From Bacteroidales bacterium (GTDB taxonomy: Bacteria; Bacteroidota; Bacteroidia; Bacteroidales; WCHB1-69), in the NCBI GenBank assembly GCA_045598105.1, contig JAZLLK010000088.1:9749-73748 (forward strand): a DNA stretch of 64,000 bases. Direction: 5' to 3'. The notes beneath the pieces are model-generated. The model was not told where the DNA came from. It did not search any database and saw only the letters and a program-made list of their open reading frames with translations. Made by a program: the position numbers and the translations under genes. This document shows, piece by piece, positions 10,236-17,895 of the stretch; positions within the stretch are counted from its first letter, which is position 1, and the number at the start of each line of letters is the position of its first letter.

Positions 10236-10967
10236 ATGAATATGAAACATTGGCAGGTGTGCATAGCTGCCCTTTTACTTATAGCCGGCAGCGTGTGCGT
10301 GGCAGCGTGGCGTAGCTGTAATACGACCACAAATGAGCCTGTTAGTATAGATACTACAGGTGAACTTGTAGCGTACTATCCTTCTTTTTCCTCTATCAGG
10401 CTGGTATGCGGTAACATGCCTTATAACGACAGCTCCGTGGTGCTGTGCGCCGAGGCCGCATATACCCATGCCATATTACGTACATTCTCACACGCCAATA
10501 TCGACGGTGACCACGTGAGTAACGGCGTGCGTTATGCCGGTGCTGAATGTACCGATAATACAGGCCGATTTGTGTACTATAACCACCAATGGAAGTTTGT
10601 AAACGATACCGCCAATACCGAATTGGACTCCGCAACCCTTGACACCTGCGGTATGGGCTTTGGCCAAAGCATGGTAATATATAATAAGAACGTAGTAAAA
10701 CCTGTGCGTAGCCTAAAGCAGGTTGCCCATTTTCGCTGCCTGTGTGAAAAAGATAACCGCTTGTGTATCATAGATAGTAAAGATACTATTACCTTTGGAC
10801 ATTTTATATATCTTTTGGCCGCCTACGGCGTAAATAATGCCATTTACTTAGATATGGGCCGCGGATGGAATCACTCGTGGTACCGCCACGCCGATGGCAC
10901 TTTGGTGGAAATATATCCTAAAAAACACCCGTTTTGCACTAATTGGATAGCCTTTGTAAAGGAATAA
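10236..10967 (+). CDS. hypothetical secreted protein, possibly phosphodiester glycosidase-like (DUF2233/NAGPA)
   Basis: 243 aa with a signal or anchor sequence. The C-terminal pattern FGHFIYLLAAYGVNNAIYLDMGRGWNHSWY resembles the AlnLDGGGS region of the DUF2233 family. It starts 8 nt after the preceding gene. Confidence 0.35.
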   Translation: MNMKHWQVCIAALLLIAGSVCVAAWRSCNTTTNEPVSIDTTGELVAYYPSFSSIRLVCGNMPYNDSSVVLCAEAAYTHAILRTFSHANIDGDHVSNGVRYAGAECTDNTGRFVYYNHQWKFVNDTANTELDSATLDTCGMGFGQSMVIYNKNVVKPVRSLKQVAHFRCLCEKDNRLCIIDSKDTITFGHFIYLLAAYGVNNAIYLDMGRGWNHSWYRHADGTLVEIYPKKHPFCTNWIAFVKE

Positions 10968-11152
10968 ATGCACGCCATTGCCCGCATTGTGGTACCAAAA
11001 TTAGCCTTTTTTGTGCATAAACATAAAATTTATCAACATTAAAATGGTGAAAAATAAGACTGCTTTGTTGAAAATATTGTTCGTAATAAATTTATTTACT
11101 GTGTTTTGATAAAATATTGATACTTTATAAGCTTTGGTATGCAAAAAAATGG

Positions 11153-11160
11153 TACCTTTG
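11153..11160 (+). promoter_or_regulatory. -7 box for the rpsF-rpsR-rplI operon
   Basis: ggTACCTTTGca, 46 nt upstream of the rpsF ATG. Confidence 0.6.
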
Positions 11161-11206
11161 CAAACTAATTTTTAAGTTTAATAATTAATAATAAAACACA
11201 AAATTT

Positions 11207-11557
11207 ATGGTAAAACAATACGAAGCTGTTTTCATTATGACTCCCGTTTTATCTGAAGATCAGATGAAGGAAACAGCACAAAAGTTTGAAAAAATCATAC
11301 TTGACAATGGTGGTGAAATAGTACACCAGGAAAATTGGGGTATGAGAAAGTTAGCTTATCCTATTAAAAAGAAATCATCAGGATTCTATCACTTATTTGA
11401 ATTTAAGGCAGAAGCTTCTTTTGTTAAAGAATTTGAAATTCAGCTTAAACGTGATGAAAGAATTATGCGTTTCTTAACTGTTTCATTGGATAAAGACGCC
11501 ATTGAATACAATATTAAACGTCGTGAAGGTAAAACCAATAAAAACGAACAGGAGTAA
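11207..11557 (+). CDS. rpsF: 30S ribosomal protein S6
   Basis: 116 aa beginning [13 protein letters not shown], plus [12 protein letters not shown], matching bS6. Confidence 0.95.
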   Translation: MVKQYEAVFIMTPVLSEDQMKETAQKFEKIILDNGGEIVHQENWGMRKLAYPIKKKSSGFYHLFEFKAEASFVKEFEIQLKRDERIMRFLTVSLDKDAIEYNIKRREGKTNKNEQE

Positions 11558-11562
11558 TAGTT

Positions 11563-11841
11563 ATGGCACAAGCAAATACAGATATCAGATATCTTACCCC
11601 CATTGCGGTAGATGTAAAAAAGAAAAAATATTGTCGTTTTAAAAAGGCAGGTATTAAATATATAGACTATAAAGATGCTCAATATTTATTGAGATTTGTA
11701 AATGACCAGGGTAAAATATTACCTCGTCGTCTTACCGGTACCTCATTAAAATATCAAAAGAAAGTGGCACAAGCCATTAAAAGAGCTCGTCATATAGCCA
11801 TTATGCCTTACGTTGGTGACAATTTAAAAGATAACAAATAG
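11563..11841 (+). CDS. rpsR: 30S ribosomal protein S18
   Basis: 92 aa with KKKYCRF...IDYKD...[18 protein letters not shown]...[12 protein letters not shown], matching bS18. Confidence 0.95.
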   Translation: MAQANTDIRYLTPIAVDVKKKKYCRFKKAGIKYIDYKDAQYLLRFVNDQGKILPRRLTGTSLKYQKKVAQAIKRARHIAIMPYVGDNLKDNK

Positions 11842-11854
11842 TAGGAGGATAGTC

Positions 11855-12301
11855 ATGGATATAATATTAATACAAGACGTAGCCAATTTAGGCTTTGAAA
11901 ACGATATAGTTACTGTAAAAAACGGTTATGCACGTAACTTTTTGTTCCCACAAAGATTAGCTATTCCCGCTACCGAATCTAATCGTAAAGTGTTAGCCGA
12001 AAACCTTAAACAAAGAGCCGGTAAATTAGCACAAATGAAAGCTGCTGCAGAAGCTATGGCTGCTAAAATTAACGATGTTATCGTAGAAGTAAAGGTAAAA
12101 GCCACTGCCGAAGGTGGAGTATATGGTTCCGTTACCGCTCAGCAGGTAGTGGATGCTTTAAAAGAACAGCACCAAATAGAATTAGACCGTAAAAAAATAA
12201 GCATGCCTGCAGCTGTAAAAGAATTAGGTCAGTTCAAAGTGAATGTTCCTTTACATAAAGAAGTAAAAGCCGAATTTACCTTAAATGTAGTAGCTGAATA
12301 G
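11855..12301 (+). CDS. rplI: 50S ribosomal protein L9
   Basis: 148 aa beginning MDIILIQDVANLG...VKNGYARNFLFPQ, matching bL9. AGGAGG lies 7 nt upstream of the ATG. Confidence 0.95.
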   Translation: MDIILIQDVANLGFENDIVTVKNGYARNFLFPQRLAIPATESNRKVLAENLKQRAGKLAQMKAAAEAMAAKINDVIVEVKVKATAEGGVYGSVTAQQVVDALKEQHQIELDRKKISMPAAVKELGQFKVNVPLHKEVKAEFTLNVVAE

Positions 12302-12325
12302 TTGTTACTTTAAGTGAATGATATA

Positions 12326-12356
12326 AAGCACTCTTGTTTTTAGAGTGCTTTTTTTT
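12326..12356 (+). terminator. intrinsic terminator after rplI
   Basis: The stem is aagcactct/agagtgctt with a 7-nt loop, followed by T6. Confidence 0.8.
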
Positions 12357-12422
12357 GTGCCATAAGGTACGGCACAAAAAATATTAACTGCAGGCAGTGC
12401 CTTGCAGTAGTAAAAAAAATGC

Positions 12423-12430
12423 TATCTTTG
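12423..12430 (+). promoter_or_regulatory. -7 box for adk
   Basis: gcTATCTTTGcc, 58 nt upstream of the ATG. Confidence 0.55.
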
Positions 12431-12488
12431 CCAACGTAATTGCCTATAGGTAATAATAAATAAGTTAAAATATTAAAATAGTACAAAT

Positions 12489-13058
12489 ATGTTAAATATA
12501 GCATTATTCGGGCCTCCGGGTTCGGGCAAAGGAACACAATCAAAGTTCATACTTGAAAAATACGGCTTGGATTATATCTCCACAGGTGATATACTTCGTG
12601 AGCAAATAGCTAAGCAGACGCCGCCGGGCTTGCAGGCTAAAAATTTGATAGACCATGGTCAGTTGGTACCTGACGAATTGGTGGTAAAGCTTATAGAAGA
12701 TAAGCTAAGTGCTACCGTAAATTCTAAGGGATTCCTTTTTGACGGATTTCCCCGTACCTTGTCTCAGGCCGAAATATTGGAAAACATGTTGAAAAATCAT
12801 CATATGAGCCTTAATGGCATGGTAAGTTTGGAAGTTCCTCAAAACGAACTTACCCAGCGTTTGCTTGACAGAGCTAAAGTGCAGGGACGCAGTGATGATA
12901 CTAAGGAAGTAATAGAACAAAGATTTAAAGAATACGAGTCTAAAACCATGCCGGTAATAGGTTTTTATAAAGGGTTAAATAAATATTACCCCATTAAGGG
13001 AGTAGGTACCTTAGAAGAAGTATTCCAAAGAGTGCAGCAGGCTATAGCAGGCATGTAA
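12489..13058 (+). CDS. adk: adenylate kinase (short form, no zinc lid)
   Basis: 189 aa with P-loop GPPGSGKGTQ, plus ISTGDILR and GFLFDGFPRT. Confidence 0.95.
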   Translation: MLNIALFGPPGSGKGTQSKFILEKYGLDYISTGDILREQIAKQTPPGLQAKNLIDHGQLVPDELVVKLIEDKLSATVNSKGFLFDGFPRTLSQAEILENMLKNHHMSLNGMVSLEVPQNELTQRLLDRAKVQGRSDDTKEVIEQRFKEYESKTMPVIGFYKGLNKYYPIKGVGTLEEVFQRVQQAIAGM

Positions 13059-13074
13059 TGCATAATATGGTTTT

Positions 13075-13113
13075 TAAAAAAAGGAAATATTCTATGGATA
13101 TTTCCTTTTTTTT
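13075..13113. terminator. bidirectional intrinsic terminator between convergent adk and the yitT-like gene
   Basis: The 10-bp stem is aaggaaatat/atatttcctt with loop tctatgg. It is flanked by an A-run on the left and a T-run on the right. Confidence 0.8.
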
Positions 13114-13141
13114 GGGGGGGTGGTGTATGTGGGTATATTGC

Positions 13142-14002
13142 TTATAAACGTAGGCGGTCAAAATTTTTACCGAATACACCGCTGGTTTTGGCTATGGACA
13201 AAAAAGCGGAATCGTCGGTGTCTTTTATTATTTTTATAATTCGCTGTTTATCTTCGCGATGAGCTATTACTAATAGTATTTCTTTTTCTTCTTTGGTGTA
13301 GGAACCGTAGCCTTTGAGCAGGGTGGCACCTCGGTGCAATTCCTGATTTATTTTGTCGGAAATTTCTTCGTTTTTATTAGAGAATACCATAATTTGAAAC
13401 GTTTGTTTGTATCCGTCCAGTACCATGTCGCTTATGGTACCATAGGCAAACATGGCTACATAACTATATACCAGGCATTCTATGTTACGTATAATAAAAT
13501 AGGAGCAGCCTATAATAATTATGTTCATGGCCAATGACAGTTTGCCGTATGATATGTTTCTGTAGTGATTTATTACCATGGCTATAATATCGGTGCCGCC
13601 GGTATTGCCGCCATAGTTAATGGCTATGCCCACGCCTACGCCGGCCAGCATAGAGCCTATGAGTGAGCACATGAATTTATCGTCGGTTAGCGGGTGTGGA
13701 AATAGCGGTTGAAATACCGAGAAAAATGCCGACAGCAGGGCGGTACATATAATGGTATTAATGCTGAATTGTCGGCCTAATATTTTGTAGGCGCATAGTA
13801 CCATGCCACCGTTAATAACAAAGGCAGATATGCCTATGGGTATTTTTAGTGAAAAATACAGCAGTGAAGCTATACCGCTTACACCGCCGCCCATAAGTTG
13901 GCTGGGAATTAAAAATGCTGACCATGCAAAAGCAAATAAGGCTAAGCCGGCGGCTATGAGCACCCAGTTACGTATGTTTGTCATGAGTGATTGTGTTTTC
14001 AT
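13142..14002 (-). CDS. YitT family membrane protein (DUF2179 C-terminal domain)
   Basis: 286 aa with multiple TM helices, GGGVSGIASLLY near the N-terminus and a soluble C-terminal domain. Confidence 0.7.
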   Translation of the reverse strand: MKTQSLMTNIRNWVLIAAGLALFAFAWSAFLIPSQLMGGGVSGIASLLYFSLKIPIGISAFVINGGMVLCAYKILGRQFSINTIICTALLSAFFSVFQPLFPHPLTDDKFMCSLIGSMLAGVGVGIAINYGGNTGGTDIIAMVINHYRNISYGKLSLAMNIIIIGCSYFIIRNIECLVYSYVAMFAYGTISDMVLDGYKQTFQIMVFSNKNEEISDKINQELHRGATLLKGYGSYTKEEKEILLVIAHREDKQRIIKIIKDTDDSAFLSIAKTSGVFGKNFDRLRL

Positions 14003-14055
14003 TGCAAGTAATATTTGTTAGTGTTAAGTATGTATTAATTTATGTTTAAAGTAAT

Positions 14056-14080
14056 CAGCACCAATCAATGATTGGTGCTG
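14056..14080 (-). terminator. hairpin downstream of the low-complexity protein gene
   Basis: The perfect 11-bp stem is cagcaccaatc/gattggtgctg with a 3-nt loop. The U-tail on the minus strand is weak. Confidence 0.45.
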
Positions 14081-14125
14081 ACAGGTAAGGTGTTAGTGTA
14101 TGGTTAGGTAGTATGAAGCTATGTG

Positions 14126-15589
14126 TTATCGTACACTACGGTTGCTTGTGGCAGTGGCGGAGCTGCTGCCTGATGAGGGTGCGCTTTTGGTGGCGGTACC
14201 CGATGTGCTGCGGCTTACGCCTGAAGTGCCGGAGGTAGTGCTGCGGTTACTGCTGCTGCTTGAGCTGCTGCCTACCGAGGATCGGCTACTTCCTGAAGTG
14301 CTGTACGATGAAGTCTTGGCGGTGCTACTACTGCTGCTGCTTTTTACGGCAGAGCCGGAGGTGCTGCCCGAGCTGCTACGAACAGTGTTGTAGGAGCTGC
14401 TGCTTGTGGAGCGATTACTGCTGCCTGAGGAGGTATTGTAGGAAGTATTTCTGTTAGCCGTGGTATTGCTGCTACTGCTGCTACTCCTTACGGCGGAGCC
14501 GGAGGTGCTGCCCGAGCTGCTACGAACCACATTTGATGTGCTATTGTTGCTACCGGTAGTACTGCGATTGGTAACAGCGCCGGTAGAGGTGCTTACACTA
14601 CGGTTAGCCGAAGTAGCAGAGGTGGCAGTAGCGGTGGCTTTTGCAGCGGCACTTACAGGGTTGGCTGATGTGGGTACGCTGCGGTTGGTGGCAGTGGTGG
14701 TTTTGGTAACCGATGCGGTAGTGCCCAGCTCGGTAGGACGCTTAATGGCCAACTTGTCAGCTTCTGCGGTGTTCTCGCTCTTGTAGGTGCTTATATCGTT
14801 TTTAAAGTCGGATATGCCTTTACTGATCACTTCTTTATCAGAGGATGTACGCATAGATGCTACTGCGTTTTCATTAAAGTATGTGTTCAATTCCTTTTCG
14901 GTAGGCATATCGGCTATAAGTGAGGTCTCCTCAGTAGTATAGTACGATTCATTCCACTTGTCAAAGTCCTTATTTACCAGGCTGCCATCATTGCTGGAGT
15001 AGGCAAAGCGGGAGGTGGCGTTAATGCCGGTATTGTTGTTAATACCGCCCTGAACATTATCACGGTGTGCATAGTTGCCATTGTTATAGCCGCGGTTGCT
15101 GTTGTTATAACCATGGTTGCCATTATTATAGCCATGGTTAGAGTTGTGAGGACGATATTCACCGGGGCGACCATAGCCGGGACGATAGTGGGAATTATTG
15201 CGATAGTAACGGCCGTTATTAAAGGAGCTAAAGCTTCTGTAATAGTAAGGACGATAGTAGTTATCCCAATAATTATCGCATTCATATATAATGGTGAGTG
15301 CGTAACGACGGGCTAAATTCGATTGATAAATAGCGTAGCGGTACATGCCTCTATTGAATAAATATTTGGCATATTCCTGATGGTTGTAGGCTTTGGAAAG
15401 GTAGCCTGACGTATAGTAGTTATAGTAATATACCATATCATAGGCTTCACCTATAATGTACGATGTTTTGTTTAAAAAATTGCGTGCAGATGATCTGCTC
15501 ACGTAAGCGTTGGCATTCATGCTGCTTATAATAATGGCTACAAGCAGACCGGCGGCCAGGCTATGACGAATGTTTTTTATTGTTTTCAT
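14126..15589 (-). CDS. secreted low-complexity protein (Tyr/Asn-rich N-terminal half, Ser/Thr-rich C-terminal half)
   Basis: 487 aa with signal peptide MKTIKNIRHSLAAGLLVAIIISSMNANA. HGYNNGN heptad repeats are followed by about 200 aa that are mostly S/T/N/R. AAGGAGGG lies 5 nt upstream of the ATG. Confidence 0.75.
   Translation of the reverse strand: MKTIKNIRHSLAAGLLVAIIISSMNANAYVSRSSARNFLNKTSYIIGEAYDMVYYYNYYTSGYLSKAYNHQEYAKYLFNRGMYRYAIYQSNLARRYALTIIYECDNYWDNYYRPYYYRSFSSFNNGRYYRNNSHYRPGYGRPGEYRPHNSNHGYNNGNHGYNNSNRGYNNGNYAHRDNVQGGINNNTGINATSRFAYSSNDGSLVNKDFDKWNESYYTTEETSLIADMPTEKELNTYFNENAVASMRTSSDKEVISKGISDFKNDISTYKSENTAEADKLAIKRPTELGTTASVTKTTTATNRSVPTSANPVSAAAKATATATSATSANRSVSTSTGAVTNRSTTGSNNSTSNVVRSSSGSTSGSAVRSSSSSSNTTANRNTSYNTSSGSSNRSTSSSSYNTVRSSSGSTSGSAVKSSSSSSTAKTSSYSTSGSSRSSVGSSSSSSSNRSTTSGTSGVSRSTSGTATKSAPSSGSSSATATSNRSVR
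14344..14527. repeat. 40-bp near-identical segment repeated at a 144-bp period inside the low-complexity gene
   Basis: The sequence ttacggc[a/g]gagccggaggtgctgcccgagctgctacgaac occurs at 14344-14383 and 14488-14527 (39 of 40 identical). It encodes VRSSSGSTSGSAV(R/K). Confidence 0.9.
15074..15136. repeat. three tandem 21-bp repeats inside the low-complexity gene
   Basis: The units are gttgccattgttatagccgcg, gttgctgttgttataaccatg and gttgccattattatagccatg. They encode (H/R)GYNN(G/S)N heptads on the minus strand. Confidence 0.9.
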
Positions 15590-15644
15590 GGTACCCTCCT
15601 TTTAATTTTAGATGTGTACTTATTCTATATTTTTATTATATCAA

Positions 15645-16256
15645 TTAGCGTGCCATATTGTGTATATATTCTTCCAACATGTGCTCTATGGCCGGAGCCT
15701 GAGTGAGCATAGTGTCCAACAGGTTCTGTTCTTTTTGTATGCGTGCGTGCAAGGGTGCTGATGGAGGAATGCTATGCAAGCAATAACTTAAATGTAAGAG
15801 TTTCACTTGTATAGCCGGGCTGTTGCCGGCAAAACGTTGTATATATTCCTCATGTGACGAGGTGGTGGAGGGGTTGAGTGTAAACAGGGTAAAAAATAAG
15901 GTAAGAAATTCTTCTTTGGTAATTGCTACGCTTGTGTCATGTGGAAGAACACCTATGGTATTGACGTAGGCTTGTATGATGTGTGTGTGATTTTGTGGCT
16001 GTGCAAGGTATTGGTCGCATAGCGTTTTCCATGCTATCATAATGTCTTTAACGGGTTTGTCGCTGTATTCGGCGGCATCAAACAGAAAGGCGGCCGCCAT
16101 GGTCTGCCATGTATCGGCCTGAGCGGCCATGGTGCACAAACAGGATGTAAAATAGTTGACTCCCTGGTTATTGGTGTGCATGGCGTGTATGTTATGTGCC
16201 AGCTCGGCTGCGCAATATACGGCATATACTTTTTGGGTGTTGATATGTTTATTCAT
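15645..16256 (-). CDS. hypothetical protein (possible degenerate HD-superfamily fold)
   Basis: The start is trimmed to MNKHINTQ. H-rich ELAHNIHAMH and AAFLFDAAEYSD loosely recall HD-domain motifs, but the His of the HD pair is Phe. Function unknown. Confidence 0.4.
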   Translation of the reverse strand: MNKHINTQKVYAVYCAAELAHNIHAMHTNNQGVNYFTSCLCTMAAQADTWQTMAAAFLFDAAEYSDKPVKDIMIAWKTLCDQYLAQPQNHTHIIQAYVNTIGVLPHDTSVAITKEEFLTLFFTLFTLNPSTTSSHEEYIQRFAGNSPAIQVKLLHLSYCLHSIPPSAPLHARIQKEQNLLDTMLTQAPAIEHMLEEYIHNMAR

Positions 16257-16331
16257 GTATAATAAATGGGGAAGTGTGATAAAAAACAATAATTATGGGT
16301 ATTTAACATTAATAGTTTGTGTTTTATTGTG

Positions 16332-16360
16332 CAAAGGTAGGAAAAAAAATGGTATTTTTG
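16332..16360. promoter_or_regulatory. back-to-back divergent -7 boxes (hypothetical gene on minus, obg on plus)
   Basis: The reverse complement of CAAAGGTA (16332-16339) is TACCTTTG, for the minus-strand gene. TATTTTTG (16353-16360) lies 27 nt upstream of the obg ATG. Confidence 0.55.
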
Positions 16361-16387
16361 CACATCTGCAAAAAAAATGTACATACC

Positions 16388-17392
16388 ATGAGTAATGAAA
16401 ATTTCATAGATTATGTAAAAATATTTTTCCGTTCGGGAAACGGTGGTGCCGGTTCGGCACATTTGGCACATTTGGCACAAACACCTAAAGGAGGGCCGGA
16501 TGGTGGTGACGGAGGTCGCGGCGGGCATATCATCCTAAGGGGTAATGCCCAGTTGTGGACGCTGTTACATTTAAAATACACCAAGCATATAATGGCTGAA
16601 GATGGTGAAAACGGCAGTAAAAACCAATGTTTTGGTAAGGATGGAGCCGATGTGTATGTAGATGTGCCATTAGGTACCATAGTGCGTGACCCTGATACGG
16701 AAGAGCAGGTGGCTGAAGTGCTGGAGAATAAGCAGGAAGTAATACTGCTGGCGGGTGGTCGCGGCGGGCTGGGTAATGTACATTTTAAAACGGCGGTAAG
16801 GCAAACACCCCGTTTTGCCCAACCGGGAGAAGCGGGCCTGGAAAAATGGTATATATTGGAATTGAAAGTGCTGGCCGATGTAGGGCTGGTGGGTTTTCCC
16901 AATGCGGGCAAATCCACTTTTATTTCTTCCGTATCCAATGCCCGGCCTAAAATAGCCAACTATCCTTTTACCACTCTTAAGCCTAACTTAGGCATGGTAA
17001 AATATCGTGACAGCCGCTCATTTGTGGTAGCCGATATCCCGGGTATAATAGAGGGCGCTGCCGAAGGCAAAGGATTGGGATTGCGATTTTTGCGACATAT
17101 AGAGCGTAATGCGGCACTTATGTTTGTAATACCTATAGATAGTGAAGATATAGTAAAAGAATACCACATATTGTTAAATGAACTCAAGGCTTATAATGAG
17201 GACCTGCTGGATAAAGAGCGATTGGTAACTATATCAAAATGTGATATATATCCTATAGAAGAGGTAGAAAAAATAAAGAGTAAACTGCGTATGGATGTAC
17301 CTGTGATATTCATGTCAGCACACACGCAAATGGGGCTTACACAGGTAAAAGATTCTCTGTGGCAGTTACTTAATAAAAATACATTAGAATAA
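16388..17392 (+). CDS. obg: GTPase Obg/CgtA
   Basis: The start is trimmed to [20 protein letters not shown]. It has the [12 protein letters not shown] Obg fold, the G1 motif GFPNAGKST and DIPGIIEGA. The usual RREK segment is replaced (see findings). Confidence 0.9.
   Translation: MSNENFIDYVKIFFRSGNGGAGSAHLAHLAQTPKGGPDGGDGGRGGHIILRGNAQLWTLLHLKYTKHIMAEDGENGSKNQCFGKDGADVYVDVPLGTIVRDPDTEEQVAEVLENKQEVILLAGGRGGLGNVHFKTAVRQTPRFAQPGEAGLEKWYILELKVLADVGLVGFPNAGKSTFISSVSNARPKIANYPFTTLKPNLGMVKYRDSRSFVVADIPGIIEGAAEGKGLGLRFLRHIERNAALMFVIPIDSEDIVKEYHILLNELKAYNEDLLDKERLVTISKCDIYPIEEVEKIKSKLRMDVPVIFMSAHTQMGLTQVKDSLWQLLNKNTLE
16457..16479 (+). repeat. 9-bp tandem repeat GCACATTTG x2.5 inside obg
   Basis: gcacatttg gcacatttg gcaca is in frame and encodes AHLAHLA. 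Confidence 0.9.
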
Positions 17393-17409
17393 ATAACGAA
17401 TATATATAT

Positions 17410-17823
17410 TTAGAATTCAAAAATTCTGTTTTTGGTGTCATTATCCACCGTAATATATATATTTATGCAGTCTTCGGGGAGGAGTTCTTCCACTTTTTCG
17501 GCCCATTCCATAAAGCAGTAGCAGCCGCTGTACAGGTAGTCTTCCAGGCCTATGTTATAGGCATCGTTTATGTTTTTTAATCGGTAGAAGTCGAAATGAT
17601 ATATGCAGTCATTATGAGGAAGGCTGTATTGGTTTACTATGGCAAATGTAGGGCTTGACACTTCACCGGTGCTACCTAGGGCTTGAGCCATGGCGTGCAT
17701 GAAAGTGGTTTTGCCGGCGCCCATAGGGCCGCGGAGGGCAAATATTCTTTGTTGCGGATATTGGGAGAGTATGGTTTGGGCAACCATAGGTAAATCCTGA
17801 GGGGTATTACAAGTAATTTTCAT
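17410..17823 (-). CDS. tsaE: tRNA t6A37 biosynthesis ATPase TsaE
   Basis: The start is trimmed to MKITCNTPQDL. It has GPMGAGKTTF, SPTFAIVNQY and HFDFYRL. Confidence 0.85.
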   Translation of the reverse strand: MKITCNTPQDLPMVAQTILSQYPQQRIFALRGPMGAGKTTFMHAMAQALGSTGEVSSPTFAIVNQYSLPHNDCIYHFDFYRLKNINDAYNIGLEDYLYSGCYCFMEWAEKVEELLPEDCINIYITVDNDTKNRIFEF

Positions 17824-17832
17824 ATTATAAAT

Positions 17833-17886
17833 AAAAAAATCACCATCAGGGGGTGTGTCGTGTGTGCGGCTCATTCCTGATGGTGA
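17833..17886 (-). terminator. hairpin plus T7 downstream of ftcD
   Basis: The 11-bp stem is tcaccatcagg/cctgatggtga with a 25-nt loop. On the minus strand it is followed by TTTTTTT. Confidence 0.55.
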
Positions 17887-17895
17887 AAAGGGATA

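Noticed and set aside
14121-14786. Leu-rich plus-strand ORFs (90, 65 and 108 aa) in the six-frame track.
   Set aside because: They are antisense to the Ser-rich low-complexity gene. AGC/GCT-rich repeats read as CTG/GCT on the other strand. They have no start context, signal or SD, so they are compositional artefacts.
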